Assembly: GCA_038087875.1 (NCBI GenBank)
Contig: CM075994.1
Location: forward strand, 806,001 to 870,000
Origin: Malacoraja senta
Taxonomy: Eukaryota
DNA: 64,000 bases
Reading direction: 5' to 3'
This document shows, in pieces, positions 21,536 through 32,599 of this stretch. Made by a program: the position numbers and the translations under genes. The notes under the pieces were generated by a model. That model did no database searches, was not told where the DNA came from, and saw nothing but the letters and a program-made list of their open reading frames with translations. Numbering within the stretch: position 1 is the stretch's first letter; each line of letters opens with the position of its first letter.

Positions 21536-24500
21536 ATGGGAACGTACGCACTTCACATCGAGACCTTCTACCCGATTATTGCAGTCATTGGTGTGCCTGG
21601 TAAGTCATTTCATTTAATGTAGCGGTGGTTTTCTCTCCGTCCCTCCCCCACCCTAGTTGTCGTACTAGTTTCACTGTCGTCTTATTGAGTTTCACTGTCT
21701 GTATAACTCGTTATCACCTAGCCCTCATCCAACAATGTGCCATCATGGGCTCTCCATTTCATTGATCATCGTTACTTTATGCATAGCTTTCATTCATTTG
21801 CTCTTTATCTCTCTCTATCACCGACTATATCTCTCGTTTTCTTTTCTCCTTACTGGTCTGAAATAAAGGTCTCGACCCGAAATGTCACTTATTCCTTCTC
21901 TCCAGAGATGCTGTCTGACCCACTGAGTTAATCCAGCATTTTTGTGCCTCTTACCAGAATGATGCCTGCTTTAGCGGGAATCAGCTACAAGGAGAAGTCG
22001 GACAGACTTGGATTGTTTTCTCTGGAATACCGGAGGTTGAATCCTTCTATGTCTCTTCATTGTTTTTGGCTGCAGTTGATTTCTCTGCATCCATTGTGCC
22101 AGTCAGTGGTCAGAGTCAGGGCAACGATGAGATTGTTCACTTTTGTGCTCTTGGTTTCAATGCTAAGGGAAGCCGGATTGCTTCTAACATTGGGCAGGTA
22201 GTCGCTGGTCTGCGCAGACCCGACGGGCCGAATGGCCTGTTTTCACTCTTATTGTCTAAAATTAGGTTAGCACCGTGGCGCAGAGGGAGAGTTGCTGCCT
22301 CACATCGCAAAAGACCTGGGTTCAGTCCTGACCTCGGGTGTTGTGTATGGCCTGGATGGAGTGAATGTGAAGAGCCCGTCAAGTCTACTGTAACATTCAG
22401 TCATGGCTGATCTATCTTCCCCTGATCACCCCCATTCTCCTGCCTTTTCCCCCTATCCTTTAACAACCTTATTGATCAAGAGCCTGTCAATCTCCGGTTA
22501 AGAAATACCCAAATGGCTTGGATCGTATTCAGTTCAGTTGAATTTAGTTCATTATCACGTGTACCGAGGTACAGTGAAACGCTTTTGTTGCGTGCTAACC
22601 AGTCAGCGGAAATCGCGATTACAATCGAGCCATTTCCAGTGTACAGATACATGATAAGGAAATGACGTTCAGTGCAAGGTAAAGCCATCAAAGTCCGGTC
22701 ACACATGGTCCGAGTGTCACCAATGAGGTAGATAGTATGTCAGGACTGCTGAAATTCTGGTTACATTTATTGCCGTTCCCTACAGATGCAGTCCCCTACG
22801 CCTCTATCCCATTTCCCTCTTGCTTCTCGCCGTTGTGTGTTTCCTTACAGCCAACTTGATGTCCTTGGTGATCCTGTTTCGAGGAAAGTGCGGTCTCTCC
22901 AAAGACATCACCTGCTACATGATGGCCATGGCGATGGGTGATCTCATGGTGTTGGTCTTCAACGTCATAGTCAGCCAGATAGTCAGGTACGTACTGGATA
23001 CCTGCTCCAACCTCATCTACTGCATGTGTAGGAAGGAACTGCAGATGCTGGTTTACGCCGAAGATAGACACAAAATGCTGGAGTAACGCGGCGGGACAGG
23101 CAGCATCTGCGGATAGAAAGAATGGGTGACGTTTCGGGTCGAGAGCCTTCTTCAGACTGAGAGTCAGTGGAGGGGGACACGCAGAGATATGAAAAGGAAA
23201 GGTGTGAAAACGAGACATCAAATGGGACGCTGTTACCATACAATACGATAGAACTTTACTAAACCCAGGAGGGAAAGTATTCTGCTAACAGTCATAAAAA
23301 AACAAGATACATTAAATTAAAGTGACGAATGGAAAGGTTTGGGGATGTGCAAAGATTTGGGAAGGGGGGTGGGGGGTGAAGTGGTATTCTGATCAAGGGA
23401 AAAGTAGAATGGACCATTGTTAGCTCGGGGAAGTGGACAACGAATCAAAGAGAGATACATATTTAATCAAAGGGACAGTCAGACTGGTCGGGGAATTAGG
23501 ATGGGATGGAGAGAGAGGAAAAGCAAGGGTCACTTGGAGTTAGAGAAGTCAAGCTGGGGTGTAAGCTGCCCAAGCGAAACACGAGGTGCTGTTGCTCCTG
23601 TTTGCGCTGGCCCTCACTCTGACAATGGAGGAGGCCCCTGACAGAATGGGTACGTGTGCGAATGGGAGGAGGAGTAAAGGTTTTGGCCACCGGGAGATAT
23701 CCCAGTTCCCGATGTGGCCTCCTGGACATCGGCAAGACAATGTGTAGACTGGGCGAAAATTTCGCCGGACACTTGCGCTCGGTCCGCCAAGACCTGCTGG
23801 ATCTCCCGGTTTTTAACCGTTCCCTTCCTGTTACCGCACTGACCTTTTTTTATCCTGGGCCTCCTTCACTGCCAGAGTGAGGCCACACGCAAACTGGAGC
23901 AACAGCATCTTACAACCCAACGGTATGAACATTGAATACTCCGATTATAGGTAACCATTCACCAACCTCCCGCAAAGCCCATTCCATTCTACCCCACACC
24001 ACCCCTCTCTCTTCCCACGCTTCCCCGCTCCTGTTCCCCGCACAGCACTAAAGACCTGGGTTCGACTCTGACTTTGGTGTGTCTGTGTGTAGTATGAACA
24101 TTCTGCCTGTGACTGCGTGGGTTTTATCCAGGTGCTCCGGATTGCTCCCACACTCCACTGGTCTGATTGCAAAAGTTAGAGGAAACCTTGGGCACCCGGA
24201 GAATATCCACGATGTCGCGGGGAGAACGGCCAATCTCCGGGCAGACTGCTCCCGTAGTCAGAATCGAACCCGGGTCTCTGACAGCAACTCTACCGCTGCG
24301 CCACCGTGCCGACCCGCTGCGTTACTCCAGCGTTTTGTGTTTATCTTTCCTCCATTTGCTGCCTGACCCGCTGAGTTACATCCAGCGTTTTGTATATCTA
24401 TTTTTCTTTCCAGAGCCGCTGCCTGACCCGCTGAGTCACCCCGGCGTTTCTTGTCCTTTCAGGTACCACTTCCCCGGGTCTCCGCTCCGCTACACGCCCG

Positions 24501-25252
24501 TGTGCCGGCTCAGTGCCTACCTGCAAGGCTTCAGTTTCCAGCTCAATACCTGGTTCACCGTGGCCTTCACGTGTGACCGTTTCGTGGCTATCTGTTGCAG
24601 GAAGCTGAGGCGCACGTATTGCATCGAGAGAACCGCGTCCATGGTGCTAGCGGTGGTAGGAATGGTCAGTGTGTTGACGAACGCGCCCTGGCCTCTCCGC
24701 TACCGGCCCTGTCACACCGTTCACCGTGTGGCCTACGGTTGCTGCCCTGTGCCGGGTCACCTGGAATCCCCGCTGTGGTCCGCCCATCGCTGGACCTCCA
24801 ACCTCCTCAACACCTTCCTCCCCATCCCCGCCCTGCTGCTGCTGAATTCGCTGACCGCCAGACACGTCCTAGGGGCTAGCAGGGCCCGACTGGCCTTGAA
24901 GGGCTCTTGCCAGGGGGGCGGGGGCGACGACCCCGAGGTCAGGAGCCGGAGGGCTTCCGTCGCCCTGCTGTTCGCCGTCTCCGGGAGCTTCGTGGCGCTG
25001 GACGTTCCCATCACGGTGATCCACGCCTGGGTGGGGGTGAGCGCGACGGTGATGTTCCGCGGCCCCCGCTCGCTGTACGCGGCCGTGCAAGTCGCGATGT
25101 TGCTGAAGTGCCTCGGTTCCTGCACAAACACCTGTGTGTACGCCCTCACCCAGAGCAGGTTCAGAGTGGAGTTGAACGCCCTGCTCACGTCCCCCTTCAC
25201 TGCTCTGTGCATAGGTGTTAAGGTGAGGGGGAAAGATGTACGAGGAACCTGA
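21536..25252 (+). CDS. GPR139/GPR142-like 7TM GPCR, copy C, intact, 329 aa
   Basis: Exons 21536-21599, 22851-22986 and 24463-25252 total 990 nt. Donors are GTAAGT and GTACGT; acceptors are ttccttacAG and tcctttcAG. The spliced protein has FYPIIAVIGVPANLMSLVILFRGKCGLSK (TM1), MAMGDL (TM2), WFTVAFTCDRFVAICC (TM3), LLLLNSLT (TM5) and NTCVY..SRFR (TM7/H8), parallel to GPR139 GLPANIL, AAADIL, WITVPLTIDRYIAVC, LNS and NFFLY..KRFR. Confidence 0.9.
22995..23960. mobile_element. Penelope-like fragments filling GPCR intron 2 (both orientations; present in all copies)
   Basis: Plus strand: TCSNLIYC and SRCGLLDIGKT.CRLGENFAEHLRSVRQ. Minus strand: GLLHCQSE..RKQEQQHLVFRLGSLHP, followed by the terminal ctgaagaagg..gacccgaaacgtca..cagcatctgcagttcct segment. 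Confidence 0.7.
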
Positions 25253-25611
25253 GGGGTACCCTTTAGCCAAACTTGCTCACAATGGCCACCATGCTCCGTC
25301 TACACTAGTCCCCGCTGCCTGCATTTGGTCCATATCCCTCCAAACCTGTCCGATCCATGTACGTGTATAAAAGTTTCTTAAACGTTGTGATAATTAACCC
25401 TACGTCCTGCACTTAGAACTTGGAACTTAGCAATGGAACACAATGTCCGTGCCACAATGACCGTGCCAAACACGATGGCAAGATCATCTAATCTCTATGT
25501 GGCCGCGTGGGTTTCCTCTCGGTGCTGCATTTCCTTCCACGCCCTAAACATTTTGTAGGATAATTGGACTCTCCAAATTGACCATTAGATTATAGGGAGT
25601 TCTCCTCTCTC

Positions 25612-25945
25612 CCCTTTTCTCCCCTCTCCCATCGTGCAAAATGTATAGAAATATGAATACACACACCTCAAGTTTCAGGGATAATTTCTTCCCAACTGTT
25701 ATCAAGAAACTGAAGCATCCTACCACAACCAGTGAGCAGTGCTAAACTGCTATCTACCTCATTGGTGACCGTCGGACTGTTTGTTACCGGAATTTACTGG
25801 ATTAACCTTGCACGAAACGTTATTCCCTTATCGTGTATCTGTACAATGTGGACGGCTCCATTGTAATCATGTATTGTCTTTCCGCTGACTGGTTAGCACG
25901 CAACAAAACGTTTTAACTGTACCTCCGTACACGTGACAACAAACA
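25612..25945 (+). mobile_element. Rex1-like LINE 3' fragment downstream of the GPCR (present in every unit; the L1 target in D)
   Basis: A decayed FSPLPS..FRDSFFP.VI..L C-terminus plus a 3' UTR ending acacgtgacaa; same family as 58330-58895. Confidence 0.65.
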
Positions 25946-26032
25946 AAACGAAATTATTCCTACTGTATGCTTCTACTTGGGAGACAGATAGACTCTTTTA
26001 TTGTTCCACATTAAATAAAAACATGAATTGGA

Positions 26033-26680
26033 TCATCATTGAATCATTGAACCATTGAATCATTCAACCATTGAATCATTGAATCATTGAATCATTCAGC
26101 CATTCAGCCATTGAACCATTGAATCATTCAATTATTGAATCATTGAATCATTGAACCATTGAATCATTCAACCATTCAGCCATTGATCCATTGAATCGTT
26201 GAACCAGTCAGCCATTGAGCCATTGAGCCATTCAATCATTGAACCATTGAGCCATTGAATCATTGAACCAATGAGCCATTGAACCATTGAACCAATGAGC
26301 CATTGAACCATTGAACTATTGAGCCTTTGAATCATTGAATCATTGACTCATTGAATTATTGAGCCATTGAACCAATAAGCCATTGAACCATTGAATCATT
26401 CAACCATTGAACCATTATAACCATATAACCATATAACAATTACAGCACGAAAACAGGCCCTCGGCCCTTGTAGTCCGTGCCGAACACTTACTCTCACCTA
26501 GTCCCATCTACCTGCACTCAGACCATAAGCCATTGAACCATTGAATCATTGAACGATTGAACGATTGAGCCATTGAATCATTGAACCATTGAACGATTGA
26601 GCCATTGAGCCACTGAACCGTTGAGCCATTAAGCCATTGAACCATTGAGCCATTGAGCCATTGAACCATTGATCCATTTG
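26033..26680. repeat. Octamer satellite, unit C
   Basis: Direct reading; shorter array. Confidence 0.95.
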
Positions 26681-29440
26681 TCCTTTAATCTGGTTGATCA
26701 CAAACTTTGTTCTCATTGGGTCCATTCGAAGCGGGGAGAAATCTCATCTGCACGGAGTAAATAACTTAAACTGCAGTCACTGAATTCACTGTTTCACAAC
26801 GGGACACGAAATGGAATATTATTTCAATGTTTCTATAGAAATTGACGCAGGAGTGGGGCATTCGGCCCGTCGAGCTAGCACCGCCATTCAATGTGACCAT
26901 GGCTGATCATCCCCAATCAGTACTCCGTTCCTGCCTTCTCACCATATCCTCTGACTCCGCTATCTTTAAGAGCCCGATCTAGCTTTCTCTTGACAGTATC
27001 CAGAGAACCAGCCTCCACAGGCAGAGAATTCCACAGAATCACAGCTCTCTGTGTGAAAAGGTGTTTTCTCATCTCCGTTCTAAATGGCTTACCCCTCAGT
27101 CTTAAACTGTGGCCCCTGGTTCTGGACTCCCCCAACATGTGTCCTGCCTCTAGCATGTCCAAACACTTAATAATCTTATATGTTTCAATAAGATCCCCTC
27201 TCATCTAAATTCCAGAGTATACAAGCCCAGCCGCACCATTCTCTCAGCATATGACAGTCCCGCCATCCCGGGAATTAACCTTGTATACCTACGCTGCACT
27301 GCCTCAATAGCAAGAATTCCCTTCCTCAAATAAGGGGACCAAAACTGCTCACAATACTCCAGGTGTCGTCTCACTCGTGCCCTGTACCACTGCAGAAGGA
27401 CCTCTTTGCTCCTATACTCGACTCCTCTTGTTATGACTAGAGAACACACTGAGTCATGTGGATATCCCAAAAGCTATTGAAGGTGTACAATTCATCAATA
27501 CATTAAAACAAGGTGCCAGTTAGTACCTGTTGTCAACCTATTCATGTTCCCTACCTTTGAACTCCGCTCCTTGAGGTTTCAGAAGACGATAGGCAGACCA
27601 TTTGATATGCTCGCTGTTATTACCATTATACATCCAATACATACAGACTTGCCATTAATACATTTGGCGTCACTAACCTTTAGTTTTAGCTTCGTTTAGT
27701 TTAGTTTAGTTTAGAGATGCAGCGCGGAACAGGCCCTTCGGCCCACCGAGTCCGTGCCGACCAACGATCCCCGCACGTTGACACGATCCCGCACACACTA
27801 GGGACAATTTAGATTTCTACCAAGCCAATTAACCTACCTACCTGTACGTCTTTGGAGTGTGGGAGGAAACCGAATATCTCTGACGCAGGTCAAGGGGAGA
27901 ACTTACAGACAGCACCCATAGTCGGAATCTAACCTCGGCCCCGTAGATGATGTTGGAGGAGATGCCAGTCAACCTCTGCCTCATCTGCATTTGCACCTCC
28001 TCGCCCCGACAGTCTTTTCAGGTGAGGCAGAGGTTCAATTGCATCTCCTACAACCTCATCTACTGTATCCGCTGTCCCAGGTGTGAACCTCCGCACATCG
28101 GCGAGACCAAGCGCAGGCTCGGCGATCGTTTTGTTGAACACCTCCGCTCAGTCCGTCTTAACCGTCTTAAGTTTAAGCAATTTAAGTATCCTTTATTGTC
28201 ATTTAGACATTTCAGTCTGAGCGAAATTGTATACCTTGCAGTCATAACATAGAATAAAATAACAAAACACACAGTTAACACAGTTTAACATCCACCACAG
28301 TGAGTCTACCAGGCACCTCCTCATTGTGATGGAAGGCAAAAATCTTAAAGTCCTTGTCATTTCCCTCCTCGTCTCCCTCTACTTTGAGGCCATCCAGGCT
28401 TCCGGTGTTGGGCCTCCCAGCGGCTGCAACCGAGCTCCGCGAACGGGCTGGTTCAACCTCCGTGGCCCGGGGCGGTCGAAGCTGCCGAAGCTGCCACCCA
28501 CCAGTCCAGCGGACGAAGCTGATGTTGCGGGAGCTCCGGAGAATCGGTCACCAACCTGGGACCTACGAGCTCCCGACGTTGTCGTCCACTGGGGCCGCGG
28601 CCGAGCCTCCGAGGTTCCGAAGTCGTGTCGCCGCCACCACAGCCCCGAAAACGTCCAGCCTCGCGATGGTAAGTCCTGGCTCTGCCTCCGGAGCCTCGAG
28701 GTCGGTCCCAGTTGGAGGCCGCCAGCTCCGCGATTAGGCCTCAGCGCAGACGGAGACGGAGACGGGGGATACGACAAGAAAAGGTCGCATCCTCCCCGAA
28801 GGAGGAGACTAAAGACAATTTCTCCCATCCCCCCACACATACACAACTAAAATAAACGAAATAAAGTAAACAACAGGACAAAAGAAACAACAACAAAAAA
28901 GGAAAGACAAACGGACTGCAGGAGAGCCGCAGTTGCTTGGGCAGCCCCGCCACTTCCGGACATCGAAATCTGATAGGGAATAGACCAAGGGTCACCAAAA
29001 GGGTAGATAGTAGTTCAGGACTGCTCTCTGGTTATGGTAGGGTGTATCAATTGCCTGATAACAGCTGGGAAGAAACTGTGCCTGAATGTGATGATGTGCC
29101 TTTTCAGATCAAGTTTCAGATCAAGTTTCCGAGCTGTATCACTCAACTAACCTAAAATAAACGAATCAAAACTAAACTAAACTCGACTAGAATAAACTAA
29201 ACTAAACTAAATTAAATTAAACTAAATTAAACTAAACTAACTTGGCTAAATTAAATTAAACGAAACATAATGAAATGGAACAAAACAAAACTAAACTAGA
29301 TTAATGATAACATAACTAATTAAAGCAAACTAATACACTAAAGTAAACTAACTAAAGCAAACTAACTAAATTAAATTAACTAAAGCACACTAACTAAACT
29401 AAACTAGTGATTACACTAACTAAACTAAACTAGTAAACTA

Positions 29441-32406
29441 GTAGAACGCCAGCGGAGTCGCGGGGCGGCAGAACACCAGCGCCCACCAAGCCAGCTCGGC
29501 CGACCGGAAGCACCAACAGACGGCGACGTGAGTGGAAGCACCGCCGGGGACGCAGAGGTGGGTTAAAGGCCAGGTTAGAGCTAGTCCCACACAGGCTAGC
29601 GATTCCTAGCCTTTTCCTCGCCAACGTGCGCTCACTGGCAAACAAAATGGACGAACTCCGGCTAAGGATCACCTCCCACAACTGGATCAAAGACTGCAGC
29701 ATCTTGATCCTCACTGAAACTTGGCTCAACACCGACGTTCCTGACAGCGCCATCCAGCTAACGGGGCGGCATTTACTCCGAGCGGACAGGACAATAGACT
29801 CCGGTAAGACCAGAGGTGGAGGTCTGTGCATTTATGTAAACCAAACATGGTGCACGGACACCACCATCATCGAGAGTCACTGCTCAGCTAACCTAGAGTT
29901 CCTCTTGGTTAGATGCAGACCGTTCTATCTGCCCAGAGAGTTTATCTCCACTGTTGTGACTGCAGCCTATATTCCTCCTGATGCTAATCCCAAGCTTGCA
30001 ATGAAAGATCTGCATACTGCCATTAGCAAACAACAGACTCACAACCCCGAGGCAGCCTTCATTGTTGCGGGTGACTTCAATCACTCCAACCTGAAGACTG
30101 TACTCCACAAATTCCACCAACACGTCTCCTTCGCCACTAGAGAAGACAAGACACTGGACAAAGTCTACACTAACATGACTGAAGCTTACAAAGCCGCCCC
30201 CCTCCCCCACCTTGGACAGTCTGATCACCTCTCATTGTTCATGCTCCCAAAGTACTCCCCACTCATCAGACAGGTTAAACCCACTGTGAGGACAGTTAAA
30301 GTCTGGTCAGAGGATGCGGACTCCACACTTCAGCAGTGTTTTGGAAACACTGACTGGAAGGCGTTTGCAGCCCAGGCCACCCTTGACTCCCACACGGACA
30401 TTGACTCCTATACACCCTCTGTTCTGGACTTTATGAACTCCACCATCAACAGTGTCACCTCCCTCAAACGGGTGACCATATTCCCGAATCAGAAGCCATG
30501 GATGAACAGCGAGGTCAGGCTACTGCTGAAAGCACGGGACACCGCTTTCAGGTCAAGCGATGCCCGAGCCTATAGTTCATCCAGGGCTAACCTGAAGAAG
30601 GGCATAAAGAAGGCCAAGCACTGCCATAAACTCAGGATTGAGGAGCACTTCAACAACAACTCCGATCCCCGACACATGTGGCAAGGCATCCAGGCCATCA
30701 CGGACATTAGACCCACCAACAATACCCCCACATCCAGCAACGCCTCCTTCCTTGAGGAGCTTAACCACTTCTATGGCCGCTTCGATAGGGACAATCAGCA
30801 GTTGGCCATCAAGGCGGTGCTCCCTGCCGATCACCAGCCCCTCTCACTCACCCCCTACGACGTGTACGTGGCACTGAGTAGGACTAATGCACGTAAGGCT
30901 GCTGGCCCCGACGGCATCCCCGGGCGCGTCCTCAGGGCCTGTGCTGCGCAGCTGACAGACGTCTGGACTGACATCTTCAACCTGTCACTTGCCCAAGCAG
31001 TTGTGCCCACGTGCTTAAATCCACCTCCATCGAGCCGGTGCCAATACACTCCACTGCGGCAAGCCTCAACGAGTTCCGCCCAGTTGCACTTACTCCCATC
31101 ATCGCCAAGTGCTTCGAGAAGCTGGTCCTGGCACACCTCAAAGGCTGCCTACCCCCCACATTGGATCCCTATCAGTTTACCTACCGCAAGAACAGGAGTA
31201 CGGAGGATGCCATCTCAACGGCACTTCACTCCGCCCTCTCCCACCTCGACAACAGAGACACTTACGTAAGAATGCTGTTCATCGATTACAGCTCAGCATT
31301 CAACACCATCATACCCTCTAAACTGATCACCAAACTCGGTGACCTGGGCATCGACCCCTCCCTCTGCAACTGGATACTGGACTTTCTAACCAACAGACCC
31401 CAGTCTGTTAGGTTAGACAAGCACACCTCTTCAACCCTCACCCCGAACACCGGCGTTCCACAGGGCTGTGTGCTGAGCCCCCTCCTCTACTCCCTCTTCA
31501 CCTACGACTGCACACCTGTACATGGTACTAACACCATCATCAAGTATGCAGATGATACAACGGTGATTGGCCTCATCAGCAACAACGATGAGTCGGCCTA
31601 TAGGTTGGGGGTCCAGCTCCTACCAGCGTGGTGCACTGACTACAACCTGGCCGTTAACTCCAAGAAGACCAAGGAGCTCATTGTAGACTTCAGGAAGTCT
31701 AGGGGCGGCACGCACACCCCCATCCACATTAACGGGACGGAGGTGGAACGTGTTTCCAGCTTCAGGTTCCTGGGGGTCAACATCTCCGATGACCTCTCTT
31801 GGACCAACAATACCTCAACTCTGGTCAACAAGCCTCACCAGCGTTTCTTCTTCCTGAGGAGACTAAAGAAGGTCCATCTGTCTCCTCAGATTCTGGTGAA
31901 CTTCTTCCGCTGCACCATCGAGAGCATCCTTACCAACTGCATCACAGTATGGTATGGCAACTGCTCTGTCTCCGACCGGAAAGCACTGCAGAGGGTGGTG
32001 AAAATTGCCCAACGCATCACCGGTTGCTCACTACCCACCATTGAGTCTGTCCAAAGCAACCGTTGTCTGCGAAGGGCGCTCAGCATCGCCAAGGAGTGCT
32101 CTCACCCCAACCACAGACTGTTTACCCTCCTACCATCCGGGAGGCGCTACCGGTCTCTCCGTTGCCGGACCAGCAGGTCCAGCGACAGCTTCTTCCCTGC
32201 GGCGGTTACACTACTCAACACTGTACCTCGGTGACTGCCAATCACTCCCCCCCCCCCCGGACACTCCTCCCACCAGGATTTATTAGATTTATTTATTTAC
32301 TGCTCATATGTATGTCGCTCTTCTAGGGAGATGCTAACTGCATTTCGTTGTCTCTGTACTGTACACTGCACAATGACAATAAAGTTGAATCTGAATCTGA
32401 ATCTGA
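29441..32406 (+). mobile_element. Rex1/Babar-type LINE, duplicated copy of 18375-21340
   Basis: Same insertion point and ends as the copy in unit C. ORFs 29626-31269 and 31011-32234 join into one EN-RT ORF with a single -1 frameshift near 31014 (gtgcttaaa vs gtgccttaaa). Confidence 0.9.
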
Positions 32407-32599
32407 TGTAATGACTGTGGTTGTGAGTGCAACGTTATCTCTGAGGATCATTAGGTCTCATTAGTGCTGGTTTGCGAACCCTTGCGTTGAATATTTGCTC
32501 TGGCTAATGACATGGATGTCGCAAGAGACCATCTGCTCACGTATAAATCCTTCCGTTTCCAAAGCACCCCATTCATAGAGCGCCTCCTTTCACCAGAGG

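Larger units (their letters stand above)
16395..27435 (+). repeat. Segmental duplication unit C (~11 kb including Rex1 LINE)
   Basis: Bounded by identical junctions cttgttatga|ctagagaacacactga. Collinear with D and E. Confidence 0.9.

Noticed and set aside
22820..23086. 88-aa ORF spanning exon 2 as an independent gene
   Set aside because: It is GPCR exon 2 extended into flanking intron sequence on both sides.
24167..25252. 361-aa single-exon ORF as the full GPCR (likewise the 286-aa ORF 3928-4788)
   Set aside because: The N-terminal part is read-through of SINE/Penelope-derived intron sequence, lacks TM1-TM2, and is not open in other copies. The spliced three-exon model gives a complete 7TM protein.
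21536..25252. Assigning the symbol GPR139
   Set aside because: The similarity is family-level only. Multi-copy divergent paralogues cannot be called the orthologue without phylogeny and synteny.
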